DNA from: Tubiluchus corallicola
Lineage: Eukaryota > Animalia > Priapulida
Reading direction: 5' to 3'
NCBI GenBank assembly: GCA_030141605.1
Contig: JAQGDQ010000195.1
Location: 62,001-126,000, forward strand
DNA length: 64,000 nucleotides
Below are positions 52,030 to 64,000 of this stretch, piece after piece. The translations under genes and the position numbers were made by a program. Each line of letters begins with the position of its first letter. Within the stretch, counting starts at the first letter, position 1. The notes beneath the pieces were generated by a model, which made no database searches, was not told the origin of the DNA, and saw only the letters and a list, made by a program, of their open reading frames with translations.

Positions 52030-52080
52030 GTAGTCCTGGGAGTCCAAAGGTATCTGGTTCAAACCTAGACTCAGCAAATG
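52030..52080 (+). mobile_element. Possible tRNA-derived SINE head remnant
   Basis: A B-box-like GGTTCAAACC sits in a TCTGGTTCAAACCTAGA T-arm-like stem. There is no A-box or cloverleaf. Confidence 0.3.
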
Positions 52081-52719
52081 ACTGTTTTTTCTAAAATTGT
52101 GCATTGTTTCCATCATACGCCACTTTAATTTACAAATGACGTTTTTAGAAGTTAAAGCAGCTAATACATCCTTTTATTTTGAGCCACTTTTTACTAAAGT
52201 TTAATCACGGGGTTTAATCGGAGGCCCCTTCCCACTGTACTTCCTAGACCCTTTCACACCGTACAACGTTGCAAGGCGGCACAATAATAAATACACCTGA
52301 ATAATTGACACTCCCTCCTCTCTCATTTGGCGATGCGACAATCAGCCAAAATTTCGTGCAAAGATTTTGGTGGATTTACATTCAAATTACTTGCTTTATT
52401 GCAAGATTTGCAAGTTACAAGCCGGAATATATTCTATTGCTATGATGAAAGTGTTATGCGCAAGGACACTAGGCCAGTAACTTCATCAGTTCTGCCTGGA
52501 AGAGCTATGATCACTTGTAAATAGACAAGAGCATCAGGACTTCAGAGTCAAGCGAATACCCGTTCAACGGTTTATGGTACGGTTTACTGCAACATTGAAA
52601 TGGGCAAATCCTATACGTGGTGCTTCGAAAGAGTTCATCCACTGTTATGAGAAACATTAGAAAACCGCTAGCGCTTTCATGTGCGTTTAAAGAAGATCAA
52701 CGCTACTCTTAAATGGCTA

Positions 52720-52925
52720 AAAATGCGTACGCAACCAAACTGTGCGATCAAAGCAACATTTTGGCAAAACCATTTAAATTAGTTTCAAGAATGCTTACGC
52801 TATCTGAGTTTGCTATTATGTCGTCAGCGTATAACGCAAATTTACCGCAGTGTTCCATTTTAATAAGATCATTAATTCACATTATAAACAACGGGGGACC
52901 TAAAATGGAGCCTTGTAGTGCTCAA
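52720..52925 (-). mobile_element. LINE reverse-transcriptase core fragment
   Basis: The minus strand reads ALQGSILGPPLFIM*INDL...FALYADD, i.e. the QGSxLGP and YADD RT motifs with a stop and a frameshift. Confidence 0.85.
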
Positions 52926-54639
52926 AAAATTCTGAAAACCAGAGATATACGCATCTTCCCTCTCTATGCATAAAAAACGTCCCACGTATTAGCACATGGG
53001 GAATCCTAATGTATTTAAGATCAAACCTAAGTGAATATATCTGATTATCCGCACCCTTCAGTGTGCGATGACAATCGGTACTCAAAATTATTACAATTTC
53101 TCAAATCGAAATCAAATCAAATTCGGCAGAATCTCAAAATTCTTATCTACGAGACTAAAATCTACCGAAATTCTTTCCCTCAATACTGCATCCATGCTGG
53201 ATTCATGGCGGAACATCATTACGTTAGTTTCGCAATTAGTAATTTAGTTTTGTAGATCAGATTTATTTCTCTGGACATGCGCAATCATACATTTACCTTT
53301 TTAATGCGAACGTCACTGTCAATGGTCTATTCTAGCTTCTCTCCCCCTTCCACACACACACACGCAGCATCTTTATAACTTCAACTCTAAGTCTCTAACT
53401 GAGTGAAATTTACAAACTAAAACAATAACTCTGCGGTTAACGCTGTGAATTATTCAGTAAATTAGCCAGGATATGAGAAACAACAGTCTACTTTTGAAGC
53501 CACTGCCGACATTCTCATTATGAACAGACTAGCAACTCGCTGACTGCACTATTTTCATCAAACCAGCCAGATTATTTGAATCTTAAATGAGCAAATGTCG
53601 CCTTGTAAAATTAGTATTTATTTGCTCAATAAGCGCTTTCAGAACAAGCGGTGCCTGGCAAATCAATGCAAATAACATGAAATGAATTCGTTTTGTTAAT
53701 CAATAAAGAATAGTTAGGCTTGCATAATTGCAGTGATTAACTCTGATTCAGAATTTATACACGCGCGCTAATTTCTTGCACTGAAAATCGTGTATAATTA
53801 GCCTATGGAGGAGGGCGTTCCAGCTAATTTGACGCCCTCGTCAAAAGCATTCTAGCACCACCTTCTCAAAGGTGATCCCCTTCCCACGGTCCTCATTTAA
53901 ATTTGAATTTTTGTTATATATAATAAAGTACAACAGTACCTCTGATTTAGATTTATAACTGCACTACAGTGTACTAGTTAAGCGTAGTTAATTACCTGTT
54001 TATCAATTACTTATTTAAAGCTGCTTGTGTTGATTGAATTGGAAGTGGAATTTATGCCCCCATTGTACGTCGTGGGCCTTCAGGTACAATCAAAATTTCT
54101 TCAGTTTTTCTTGTATACTTCATGTGCAAGAGTACAAAATTCAGAGCCCATGTTAGTTTAAATCCGACTCTTATGGTATATAAGACGTACACTCTAATGG
54201 ACGAAACGTCAGACGACTATCAACGTATGGTCACATCGCGATTACGTCTTCTCAGCGGCTGGTAATAGAGGCTAGCCGCTGGTCAAGAATCGCAGGTTGT
54301 GCACCTGTGGGAGTGTGCAAACTGAAAACCACGTTGTGTGCGACTGCGCTAGAACAGAGGAAATAAGGAAAATTTTAGCGATTTGGACTTTACCAATTTG
54401 AAAAACTTTTTTGACGATTGCAAAGGTAAATTTATTGATAGGATAGCAATAAATGAGTTTTTGTAATGAATGTTCGTGAGCATGCGCGCCAGTGTCGCGC
54501 GCATTGTTTCTAGTCGACCAATCAACGAATAACATCCGTCATGTTGTCGAAAATCACCCATTTACCCGCTGTCGCTGGATGTGATAATAGGCTTTGCCAA
54601 ACATAAATAGCATTTTAATGATAGTATTTTAAATATTAG

Positions 54640-54860
<221 letters not shown>

Positions 54861-55367
54861 GATTTTGCATATATAAGATGTATCTAATAAAAGAAAATGC
54901 ACCACGTTCATTACATTACAGCTATATAATTATATAAATGAGAAAAATTCAATCAAAATTTTCTATTATTTTCACAAGAACATAAATTAGTAGTAGCAAC
55001 TGCATAACCAAATTCCAGAAAATGAAGCAAAGCTCGATAGTTGCAAATCCATGTGGTGCGCTTCATAGCGATCGATTTGACCTTCATTTGACCTAGGCGA
55101 GTTTCCTTCAATTAGACGTACGTATAAAGACTTAAATAGTAAGGCAATAAATTACCGTAGCTTAATTAAGCAAATACGCAGCTTGCAAAATGATTAACGT
55201 AAAAAAACGTAGCGACTGCGGCTGGATAAACTGAGTTCTTTTGTTTTTTAGTATTCTCTAAATTCGATGTTTATTTTTAACTGACTACCACTTTTAATCG
55301 TGATTAGGCCGCACTTTATACAAGCAAATCTGATTGATTGGTACTTTTGTTCCAGGATCTGTTTGAT

Positions 55368-55928
55368 TTTATTTATTTATTTATTTATTTTTATTTATTT
55401 ATTCATTCATTCATTCATTCATTCATTCATTCATTCATTCATTCATTCATTCATTCATTCATTCATTCATTCATACATGCATTCATTCATTCATTCATTC
55501 ATTCATTCATTCATTTATTCATTCATTCATTCATTCATTCATTCATTCATTCATTTATTCATTTATTCACTTATTCATTCATTCGTTCATTCAGTCAGTC
55601 AGTCCCTCATTCATTCATTCATTTATCCATTCATTCATTCATTCAGCCAGTCAGTCACTCATTGATTCATTCATCCGTGCATTTATTCATTCATTCATTC
55701 ATTCGTGCATTCATTCATTTATACATGCATTCATTCATTCATTCATTCATACTCTCATTCATTCATTCATTCATTCATTCATTCATTCATTCATTCATTC
55801 ATTCATTCATTCATTCATTCATTCATTTATCCATTTATTCACTTATTCATTCATTCATTCAGTCAGTCAGTCACTCATTCATTCATTCATTCATTCATAC
55901 TCTCATTCATTAATTCATTCATTCATTC
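55368..55928. repeat. (ATTC)n tetranucleotide array
   Basis: Direct reading. Explains the FIHS-repeat ORFs. Confidence 0.96.
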
Positions 55929-57105
55929 GTTCCTCTATATCACAATCCTAGCACTGCTAGATATTACTAGAACACTGGTTGCATTTCACTTCAATTTCGT
56001 TTCATTCATCGGCCCCAACACGTGTCTTGCATCCTCTTTAAACCTCTGTGGGCGCACTAGATAAACTCCTCGCTGTTTCCTGTCATTTCTTATGAGCATA
56101 CATCTCCTATTTACAATCTCTGAATGCGTGAGAAGCACCTGTATAGATAATTAACAAAGAAGCGTAGATAACATTTGTTCACAACCAAGTTTCATTTGTG
56201 TTATAATTACGTGCGTATTACAGGGTTTGCATTGAAGGAAAAGTAATCAATTCGTATTTACTTACTCATTTGTTTCTATTTCTTTCTCCCTGCGTTTCTC
56301 CCTATTTGCTGACATTGTATGGCGTCACTGTGCTCATGGTTCTCCTATATCACAAGCATCGCCATCGCCATCATTATCGTCATGTCTTATTTGTCATCAT
56401 TGTCGTCATGTTGTCATAATCGTTATTATCTACCAGCTTATTGTCCTCAGGGCGGGTTTATTTTATTCTAAAATTCTGCTTACCGGGTGTCCGTAATAGA
56501 CGTAAGGGGGACAGTAGCGTGCAGAAGGGGGGAGGGAGAGGGTGCAATGGGCCCTATCCATATAGGGGGTGCATCCAATCAGAGTGGTTTTTGAAATCTG
56601 AAATTGTCCCTGTAAACTTCATTGTACAAGCGCCGCACAGTCCCACAAGCTGGTGTGAATGTGGATCCGTGTTTGGATAAGCGAGAAAATCTGTTACATC
56701 TAAGTACTGGGCGTAGTTCCGATTAAAACAATATAAAGTAGCATAAGTGATTAAGAAAATGTGCATTGCATACAGATTACTGCTTACCATCGCATTTTCA
56801 AACGCATGTTGTGAAAGATCATTTTCAAAACTGAAATTAATAAATCCCATCTGAGGTCGACGACCAACAGACCAATCAGCTGAATAGAATTCCTCACAGC
56901 TGATGTAAAATTGAAGTAGTTCAAATGCTTTCTGACAATTTAAAATTCAAGCAATCATAAATTTAATTTCAAATTCGATCAACACAAGCTCTAGATAGGT
57001 AATTAATTACACTTAATTTAATACTGGTACCATTGCACTTTATTATAATAATTATTATAATATGTACAAGAAAAATTCAATATTGACAACGTGGTGTAAA
57101 GTGTT

Positions 57106-57386
57106 GACCATAACTTTTGCCTAGGGGGTCACACTACCTAGAGCGAGCCCTGAGCACGTGGCGGGGACCCTGGGGAAGAGTCGACCGTAATTTTTGCCTA
57201 GGGTGTCAAACTACCTACAGCCGGCCCTGACCACGTGGTAGGGACCATGGCTGAAGGGTCAACCGTAACTTTTGCCTAGGGGGTCAAACTACCTAGAGCC
57301 AGCCCTGACCACGTGGTAGGGACCATGGGGGAAGAATCGACCGTAACTTTTGCCTAGGGTGTCAAACTACCTACAGCCGGCCCTGC
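57106..57386. repeat. GC-rich 78-bp tandem repeat x~3.6 containing a hAT-like terminus
   Basis: Units start at 57106, 57183, 57261 and 57339. Each has TTTTGCCTAGGG...CTA(G/C)AGCCGGCCCTG or a close variant. Confidence 0.85.
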
Positions 57387-58099
57387 CACACCATAGGCCG
57401 TTCATGTGCCTGACTTCGCTCAATGGCATTGCGTGTTTAAAGCTGCACAGGTCTTTGTAGTGAAATATTAACGTTTTAGACATCATTCGTTTGGGAAATC
57501 CATGAAAACGGTTTTATCGATTGTTACGCTTGGTTCATAAACCGCATATGCATGGGAAGAGCACCTGTCTTTAGTCAGTAGTCTTAACATCAAGAACTCT
57601 TGCTGCTCTATATTATTAAACTCAATTGCTCGTGTTTTCAAACCTCGTTATAGTCGTTTTACTCTCGTAAAGCGCTCCTGAGGTTTCTTAAAGGGTGTTT
57701 AGAAAAAGGTCATATTATATTTGTTCTGAAATTACCTTCTATGAACAACGACTATAAACGGTTATATTAGCAAATTCATCATCACTTTAGTATCGTAATA
57801 ACGGGTGACACAAAAAAAACGTGCCGAAGTTTTGACCATGAAATTATAATACGAAAATAACAGAAAGATACAGAAATTTCAAACAGCAAGTCAAAAAAGT
57901 AAATGGCAGAAAAAATTCCGTGTCACTATTGTTAAAATTTACAAGTGCTCCACGTGTCCACCATTGTCACTGCAAATTAGAGAAAGGCATCTCTTCCAAC
58001 AGCTGACACAGTTTCTCACTTCTTTAAGGAGTTTTTGGTCCCATCACTCGACAACTTTTGCCTAAATGTTGCTTATTAAAAAGCTCCAATTAAATTAAA

Positions 58100-58556
58100 A
58101 CAACATCTAACAGGAAACATGGTGATTTTTCATAAGATGTCCCATACTGTAAAAAGTGTATGTTTTTGCACCTATTCTAATGCCAAAGTGCCTTTGATAA
58201 TTAAATAATATGCTAAAAATAGGTTACTGCCTGCGAGCCCAACTAGTCATAACATCACAACTGAACATAACTTTTAACAGCACAAACATTCCCAGAGCGT
58301 GTTGCAGGTGTTTGCAGAAAAATTAAAGAACAGTGCTACTGTATACGATTCAGTGTGATATACAAAAACTCCGTAAATATTAAGTTTAAAATTTTCCAAG
58401 TTTACCGCTGTGCTCACGCATTAGCGCTCGAATGTGTGCACTACGTCACAAATGAACAACTTTGAACAAAGTTTGTTTATTTTTTGTTAAACACGTTTCC
58501 GAGATGCAAGCGCTAGTGCCCGTTTAACTAGCGACTGGCCAAATGTATGTAACGGT
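58100..58556 (+). mobile_element. Dispersed repeat family B copy
   Basis: AATGCCAAAGTG...GATAATTAAATAATA...GCGAGCCCAACTA...GCGCTAGTGCCCGT is shared with the 37.2-38.5 kb copies. Confidence 0.7.
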
Positions 58557-59109
58557 GAAGTTTTCCTTTAACATACCTATCTTCCTCTGCATTTCCTTTT
58601 ACAAATGCCCGAGTTTCAGTCTTAGATTTGGAATTCATGAATTTTTCTCGACGTAAAAATTGAGATACACCGACAGCAAGCAAAGCGTTGCCGCGTCAAC
58701 GTTTCCGTCTGTGAATGAAAACTGCTAAAGCGGCCCCACATAAATTACGATTAAACACGTTAAACGCTCTGTTCTGATTCCCTGCTACAATTCACTCTCA
58801 AGACGAATGTGTGAAGAAATTAGCAAATAATTTGATTAATAGTTTACGCAAAATTGAAGAAAACGCAAATGGAGCCTATCTGAGACCGCTGAGGTGTTAT
58901 ATACATGCAGATCAATAGAGTGAACGACGTTGCTTTTACTTGGACGTATAAGTTCTATTTATACAACATGCGGTTACGGTTACGGTGGTGGCAATGCGGT
59001 GTTACGTTCGCATTGTGCTTGTTGACCTAATTGGTGTTATTTTTGTTATTTTTTTGATGTCTTTCTTAGTGTTGCTGTTGCTGCCGCTGTCACTGTTGTC
59101 GCTTTCTCA

Positions 59110-59157
59110 CTGTTGTTGTTGTTGCCGCTGCCGCTGCCGCTGCCGCTGTCGTTGACG

Positions 59158-59240
<83 letters not shown>
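59110..59240. repeat. (GTT)n microsatellite
   Basis: Direct reading. Confidence 0.95.
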
Positions 59241-60354
59241 ATACTTTTGATGAAGATTGACAGTGTGGTATTTTTCTTCAGGACGAATGACGTCATTGGA
59301 AGAAGAACTGGTGTTCAAAATGGGAGCGCTTAAGCACGAAGTGACCGCGACTTTAAAGTGATTTTAAAGTTTTGTTGTTATTGCTGCTGCTGCTGTTGCT
59401 GTTGTTGTCGTGTAATTATCGTTATTGTTACCGTTGCCGTACTGTCACTACTGTTGTCCTTGTTGTGTGTATTCAAATTAAAGATAATAGTGATGGTAAT
59501 TATAATGTGGTGATCTTGACAACAATTATGACGATGAGCCGCCTACTGTCAAAAAATTACGAGTTCTTAAAATAAATTTCATTTTACCTCGCATGAAACA
59601 TTTAAGACTTTTAAGACTAATAAAAATGGTATAGCATATAAATAAAAAAGTAACTTCTGAATCATAAAGCAAATTGCTCAGTTTTAATTAAATCTGCTCG
59701 TCGACTGGATAGAAAATATAGCAGCAATATAATACCTGCAAGGTCTACAGTAAGATTCGTACCCTTCTAGTTCTACTTAATTAATTGAATCTAAATTCTT
59801 AATGGCGTTCCTATGCCGTGTCTAAGCACTACTAATAGCTCTCATGAAAGTTGACCTTAAAAGGGGATTATGAACAGGTAAGTGCGCACAGGTAAATGGC
59901 AAAATGCTACCTGAAGAGATTGAAGGTTTGACGTCAGGTAGGGCACAGGACTATTACACTCGAGTATCCGATGTAAACAAAAGTTTATGTTTTTCTTGGA
60001 AGGTATTTTCTGCCAGGCCAATGTACTTCACTGCACCTAAGCTTTAATGTTGTTTTCAAGTCAGATACATTGCTTCTAATGATAGATCAAGGCAAATCTA
60101 GCCTAGGTAACAGGACATGCTTACTTTAGCCCTTAATGACTCCTGAATTTACCTGTCTAAACTAATTTGCTTTTACAATCAACAATTATGCGTGGTACGA
60201 CAAAAGTACATTAAGAAATTACTGGCATTTCTCACGTTATGTATTATGACATATGTTGTAAGAACAACAAATCCATAATATGCAGTGGCAAGGTTTATAG
60301 CTTATGAGCTAGAGAGAGTGCTATAAAGAGGTAGGCAGAGAGAGAGATAAGTAT

Positions 60355-60672
60355 TAAGTAGGTAGGTAGGTTGGTAAGTAAGCACGTAGGTAGATAGTTA
60401 GGTAGGTAGATAGGAAAGTAGGTAGGCAGGTAGGTAGGTAAGTAGGTAGGAAGGTAGGTAGGTAGCTAAGTAGGTAGGAAGGTAGGTAGGTTGGTAGGAA
60501 GGTAGGTAAGTAGGAAGGTAGGTAGGTAGGTAGTTAGGTGGGTAGGAAAGTAGGAAAGTAAGTAACTAAGTAAGTAAGTAGTTAAGTAAGTAAGTAAGTA
60601 AGTAAGTAAGTCAGTCAGTCAGTCAGTAAGTCGGTCAGTCAGTCAGTCAGTCAGTAAGTAAGTAAGTAAGTA

Positions 60673-60710
<38 letters not shown>

Positions 60711-60818
60711 TAAGTAAGTAAGTAAGTAAGTAAGGAAAGAAGGAAGGAAGGAAGGAAGGAAGGAAGGAAGGAAGGAAGGAAGGAAGGAAGGAAGGAAGGA
60801 AGGAAGGAAGGAAGGAAG
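60355..60818. repeat. Compound tetranucleotide array TAGG-TAAG-TCAG-CAAG-GAAG
   Basis: Direct reading. Confidence 0.95.
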
Positions 60819-61117
60819 ATATGAAAGAAGTGAAGCTCGTACTTATATTTCACAAAAGAACATCCGTAGACTGTTTTCATTAACATATTTTAAGAAGTGA
60901 AATTAATGCGCCTACTAATCATAATTACTATGTGTAAAGCCACCAGACTGTGATCATAACAACATTTAATTAGCATCACTGGCACTGCAGTAATTAAGAT
61001 CACATTAATTGCCTGACTCTTCTAGACATGAATGGTTCCTGAAACGTGTAAAAGATCATTTATTGTTGCTGTAGAACCGAAGAGTTACCAAACTTGGACA
61101 AAGAGAAAGGCAAAACA

Positions 61118-61361
<244 letters not shown>

Positions 61362-63559
61362 TTTTAGTTTTGATTTTGATTTACCTTTTTTTTGAACCAA
61401 AGGTTGATAGCATAAAACATTTACATATTTACAACAAGGAAACAGACAAACAAACAAACACACGCACGCACGCACGCACGCACGCACGCGCGCGCGCACA
61501 CACACACACACACATTAATGCATTAAATAAATAAATGAAGATATATACAATAATTACACAGTTAATAGTAAATTCCACCAATGGCGTCTGATATGTAACG
61601 TAAATTTTGCATCACTATGAAGTAAACTTTAACAAATAACGTTAGTATTACCATTAAATCTACTCATTAGACTAAACAAACAGTTTCTATAGAAAACATC
61701 AAAATAAGTTATACCTAGCTGTATACTTAGAGACCGAGCACTGTAATCATATTCACACTTAAAAAAATAACGTTTTGAAATATTTTGAGCAACTTTGAGT
61801 TTTCTGATGTTGTATAAATTAAAATGCCTCCGAGTGGCCATACAGTAAAGGCTTTTGCAATACGCGTTAAATAAACAAATTTTTATATCAGCTGAGCAAT
61901 TTCCAAGAAACAGAGAGGGAGGCGCCAGTGAACGATCTCTTGAGAAGGAGAGAAAGAAAGAGAAAGAAAGAGGGAGGAGAAAGAGAAATTGAGAAATAAA
62001 AATGAGACCGGAGAAAAACAAAAAGAAAAGAAAGAAAACATAAAGTGAAAGACTAAACCTTAAAGTAGGTATAAATAAACATTTATTTTATGTCGATTTT
62101 AAAAAGACATAATTACAAACTGCAAATGCTTACGTCACCGAGTACCTTACCCATCTATCAGTAGTCTTTCTTCTTTAAAGGAAAACCGGACGATTGTGTA
62201 AACACGAGTTTAGAATAAAGAATGCTCAAAACTACAATAGCCTTTTTAGAATCAAAGCTTAGATTAAATAATAATTACCATGGATACTCAAATTCTGTTA
62301 AACTTTTAAAGCTACGGGCGGCTCAGTGAATCTACTAAGATAGGCAACGGCGCCTTTTTGTCCCATTCGCGTGGCCGACAAATAGAAGGCGGCACCGTGA
62401 TAAGCATGATCATGAACTGCGGTGTTAGTTTCTGACGTCATATGACGTAGAGCCCATTTTCGTGACATCACGCATTTAAGCAGTAACACGTACGGAAACG
62501 TGCTTGACTCGCAGGGGAAGATGCCTATTGTTGCAAAAACTGTGGTTAGTTTCTGACGTAAGCAATAGATGTGTTCGGTTGCCGCTAATTAACTCTCTAA
62601 GGGCTAATTATTCGAATATAAGAAACAACTGCTAACTTTTTAGGTAAGAAAACGCATGTTTTGGATAGTAAATTAGAATGAGATTGAGCATAAACAATCA
62701 TCCGGTTTTCCATTAAATTAATTATTTGAAATAATACAAAAATCAACCCGGGTTGTGTGACAACTGGCTAGTGGGCTGCAATCGCAGACGTCAAATCGAA
62801 GGCAATGACATGATGTTAAACATTTCCGTTTTTATAGTGACGTAACTCTCTATTACGCCACTTCGCAAACAACACAAGACAAACGTATAAAAACAAGGGC
62901 CATAAATTACATCCTCTCACAGGGAAAGACGGGCATTTCTCAATAATTATAATTCATGGCGTATAAAAAGAGCCTGTCCACAAAAAAGTTGCACGCACGC
63001 AATACAGAAAGTAAACGCAATCTTGACGTTTGCCAGACGCTGTTACGACTTTATCTCAAGATCGCCTGTCTTGCCAATTCATTAGCCTGCTATACGTAAC
63101 GCCTTTAGGGTGTCAGTTTTGCTTGCTGGTGTAATTAATTAATAATGTACAAGTGATCTTTAAGATTAGGCGAGAGAGATTGTAAGCTAATTTTCTGATT
63201 AAGGTGAGAATAATTACATAAGCTGGTAAAATGTCAGACCTGACAGCACTACGGTTTTTCATCACCTTAATCAGCTAAATTGGAAACTTGTGCACCTTGA
63301 GTTTAAACTTACAACATTTTTGTTAAAGAAAAAGAAGCTTGAATTAAGGCGAACATTTGGAATGGTTTTATTTAAAAAATAAAATAGATTGGGTCGAAAG
63401 CAGAAGTACGACTCCATTAGAAATTAGTTTAACTCATGCAAACGCAGGTGCGAAAACCTAATTTTGCTCATTAAAAAGCACTGCTACTTCACCTAGTCAG
63501 TTTCATTCGAGTAATGAAAGCAATTTAAACGAAATCGTCGTCAGCTAAACACAACTGAA

Positions 63560-64000
63560 ATGTGTTCCATTTCAACTGAAAAGGACGGTGTGTTCCATCT
63601 GTATTGAAAAGGATTGTGTTTTCCATCTGTATTGAAAAAGACTGTGTGTTCCATTTCAACTGAAAAGGACTGTGTGTTCCAACTGAATTGAAAATGGCTA
63701 TGTGTTCCGTCTGTATTGAAAAGGACTGTGTGTTCCATCTGAACTGAAAAGGACTGTGTGTTCCATCTGAATTGAAAAGGACTGTGTGTTCCATCTGTAT
63801 TGAAAAGGACTGTGTGTTCCATCTGAATTGAAACTGACTGTGTGTTCCATCTGAATTAGAAAAGACTGTGTGTTCCATCTGTGTTGAAAAGGACTGTGTT
63901 CCATCTGAATTAAAAAAGACTGTGTGTTCCATCTGTATTGAAAAGGACTGTGTGTTCCATCTGAATTGAAAATGACTGTGTGTTCCATCTGAATTAAAAA
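63560..64000. repeat. 28-bp minisatellite (CTGTGTGTTCCATCTG(A/T)ATTGAAAAGGA), runs off the window end
   Basis: Unit starts include 63782, 63810 and 63838. Confidence 0.95.

Noticed and set aside
52030-52080. tRNA gene
   Set aside because: Only a B-box/T-arm-like motif is present, with no acceptor stem, D-arm or A-box.
59282-59361. Possible plus-strand terminal exon (RMTSLEEELVFKMGALKHEVTATLK*) after TTTTTCTTCAG
   Set aside because: It is short, has no recognisable homology or partner exons, and is sandwiched between microsatellites.

Overview
AT-rich, repeat-dense genomic DNA from an animal, most likely a protostome invertebrate (inferred from the neuropeptide family). I can support one intact host gene: a minus-strand, spliced neuropeptide precursor of 219 aa, with coding exons at 32515-31918 and 25939-25878 separated by a 5978-bp phase-1 GT-AG intron. 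It has a signal peptide and nine dibasic-flanked amidated peptides (6x GWNSLGSAFa, 2x SWNSLGSAFa, 1x GGWNDLAAAFa). These resemble myoinhibitory peptide/allatostatin-B (W-X6-W-amide) but all end in Phe. Splicing to a distant exon absent from the ORF track completes a C-terminal EF-hand (DTDGSHSIDQVE). The first 8 kb holds a cluster of related, co-oriented solo LTRs with TG...TA ends and 4-bp TSDs (one nested in another) and a broken baculovirus-F-like env gene. The rest is a decayed ankyrin gene expanded into a 148/149-bp tandem array, MULE, Tc1 and LINE relics, MITEs, minisatellites and many microsatellites. All other long ORFs in the track appear to be repeat artefacts.
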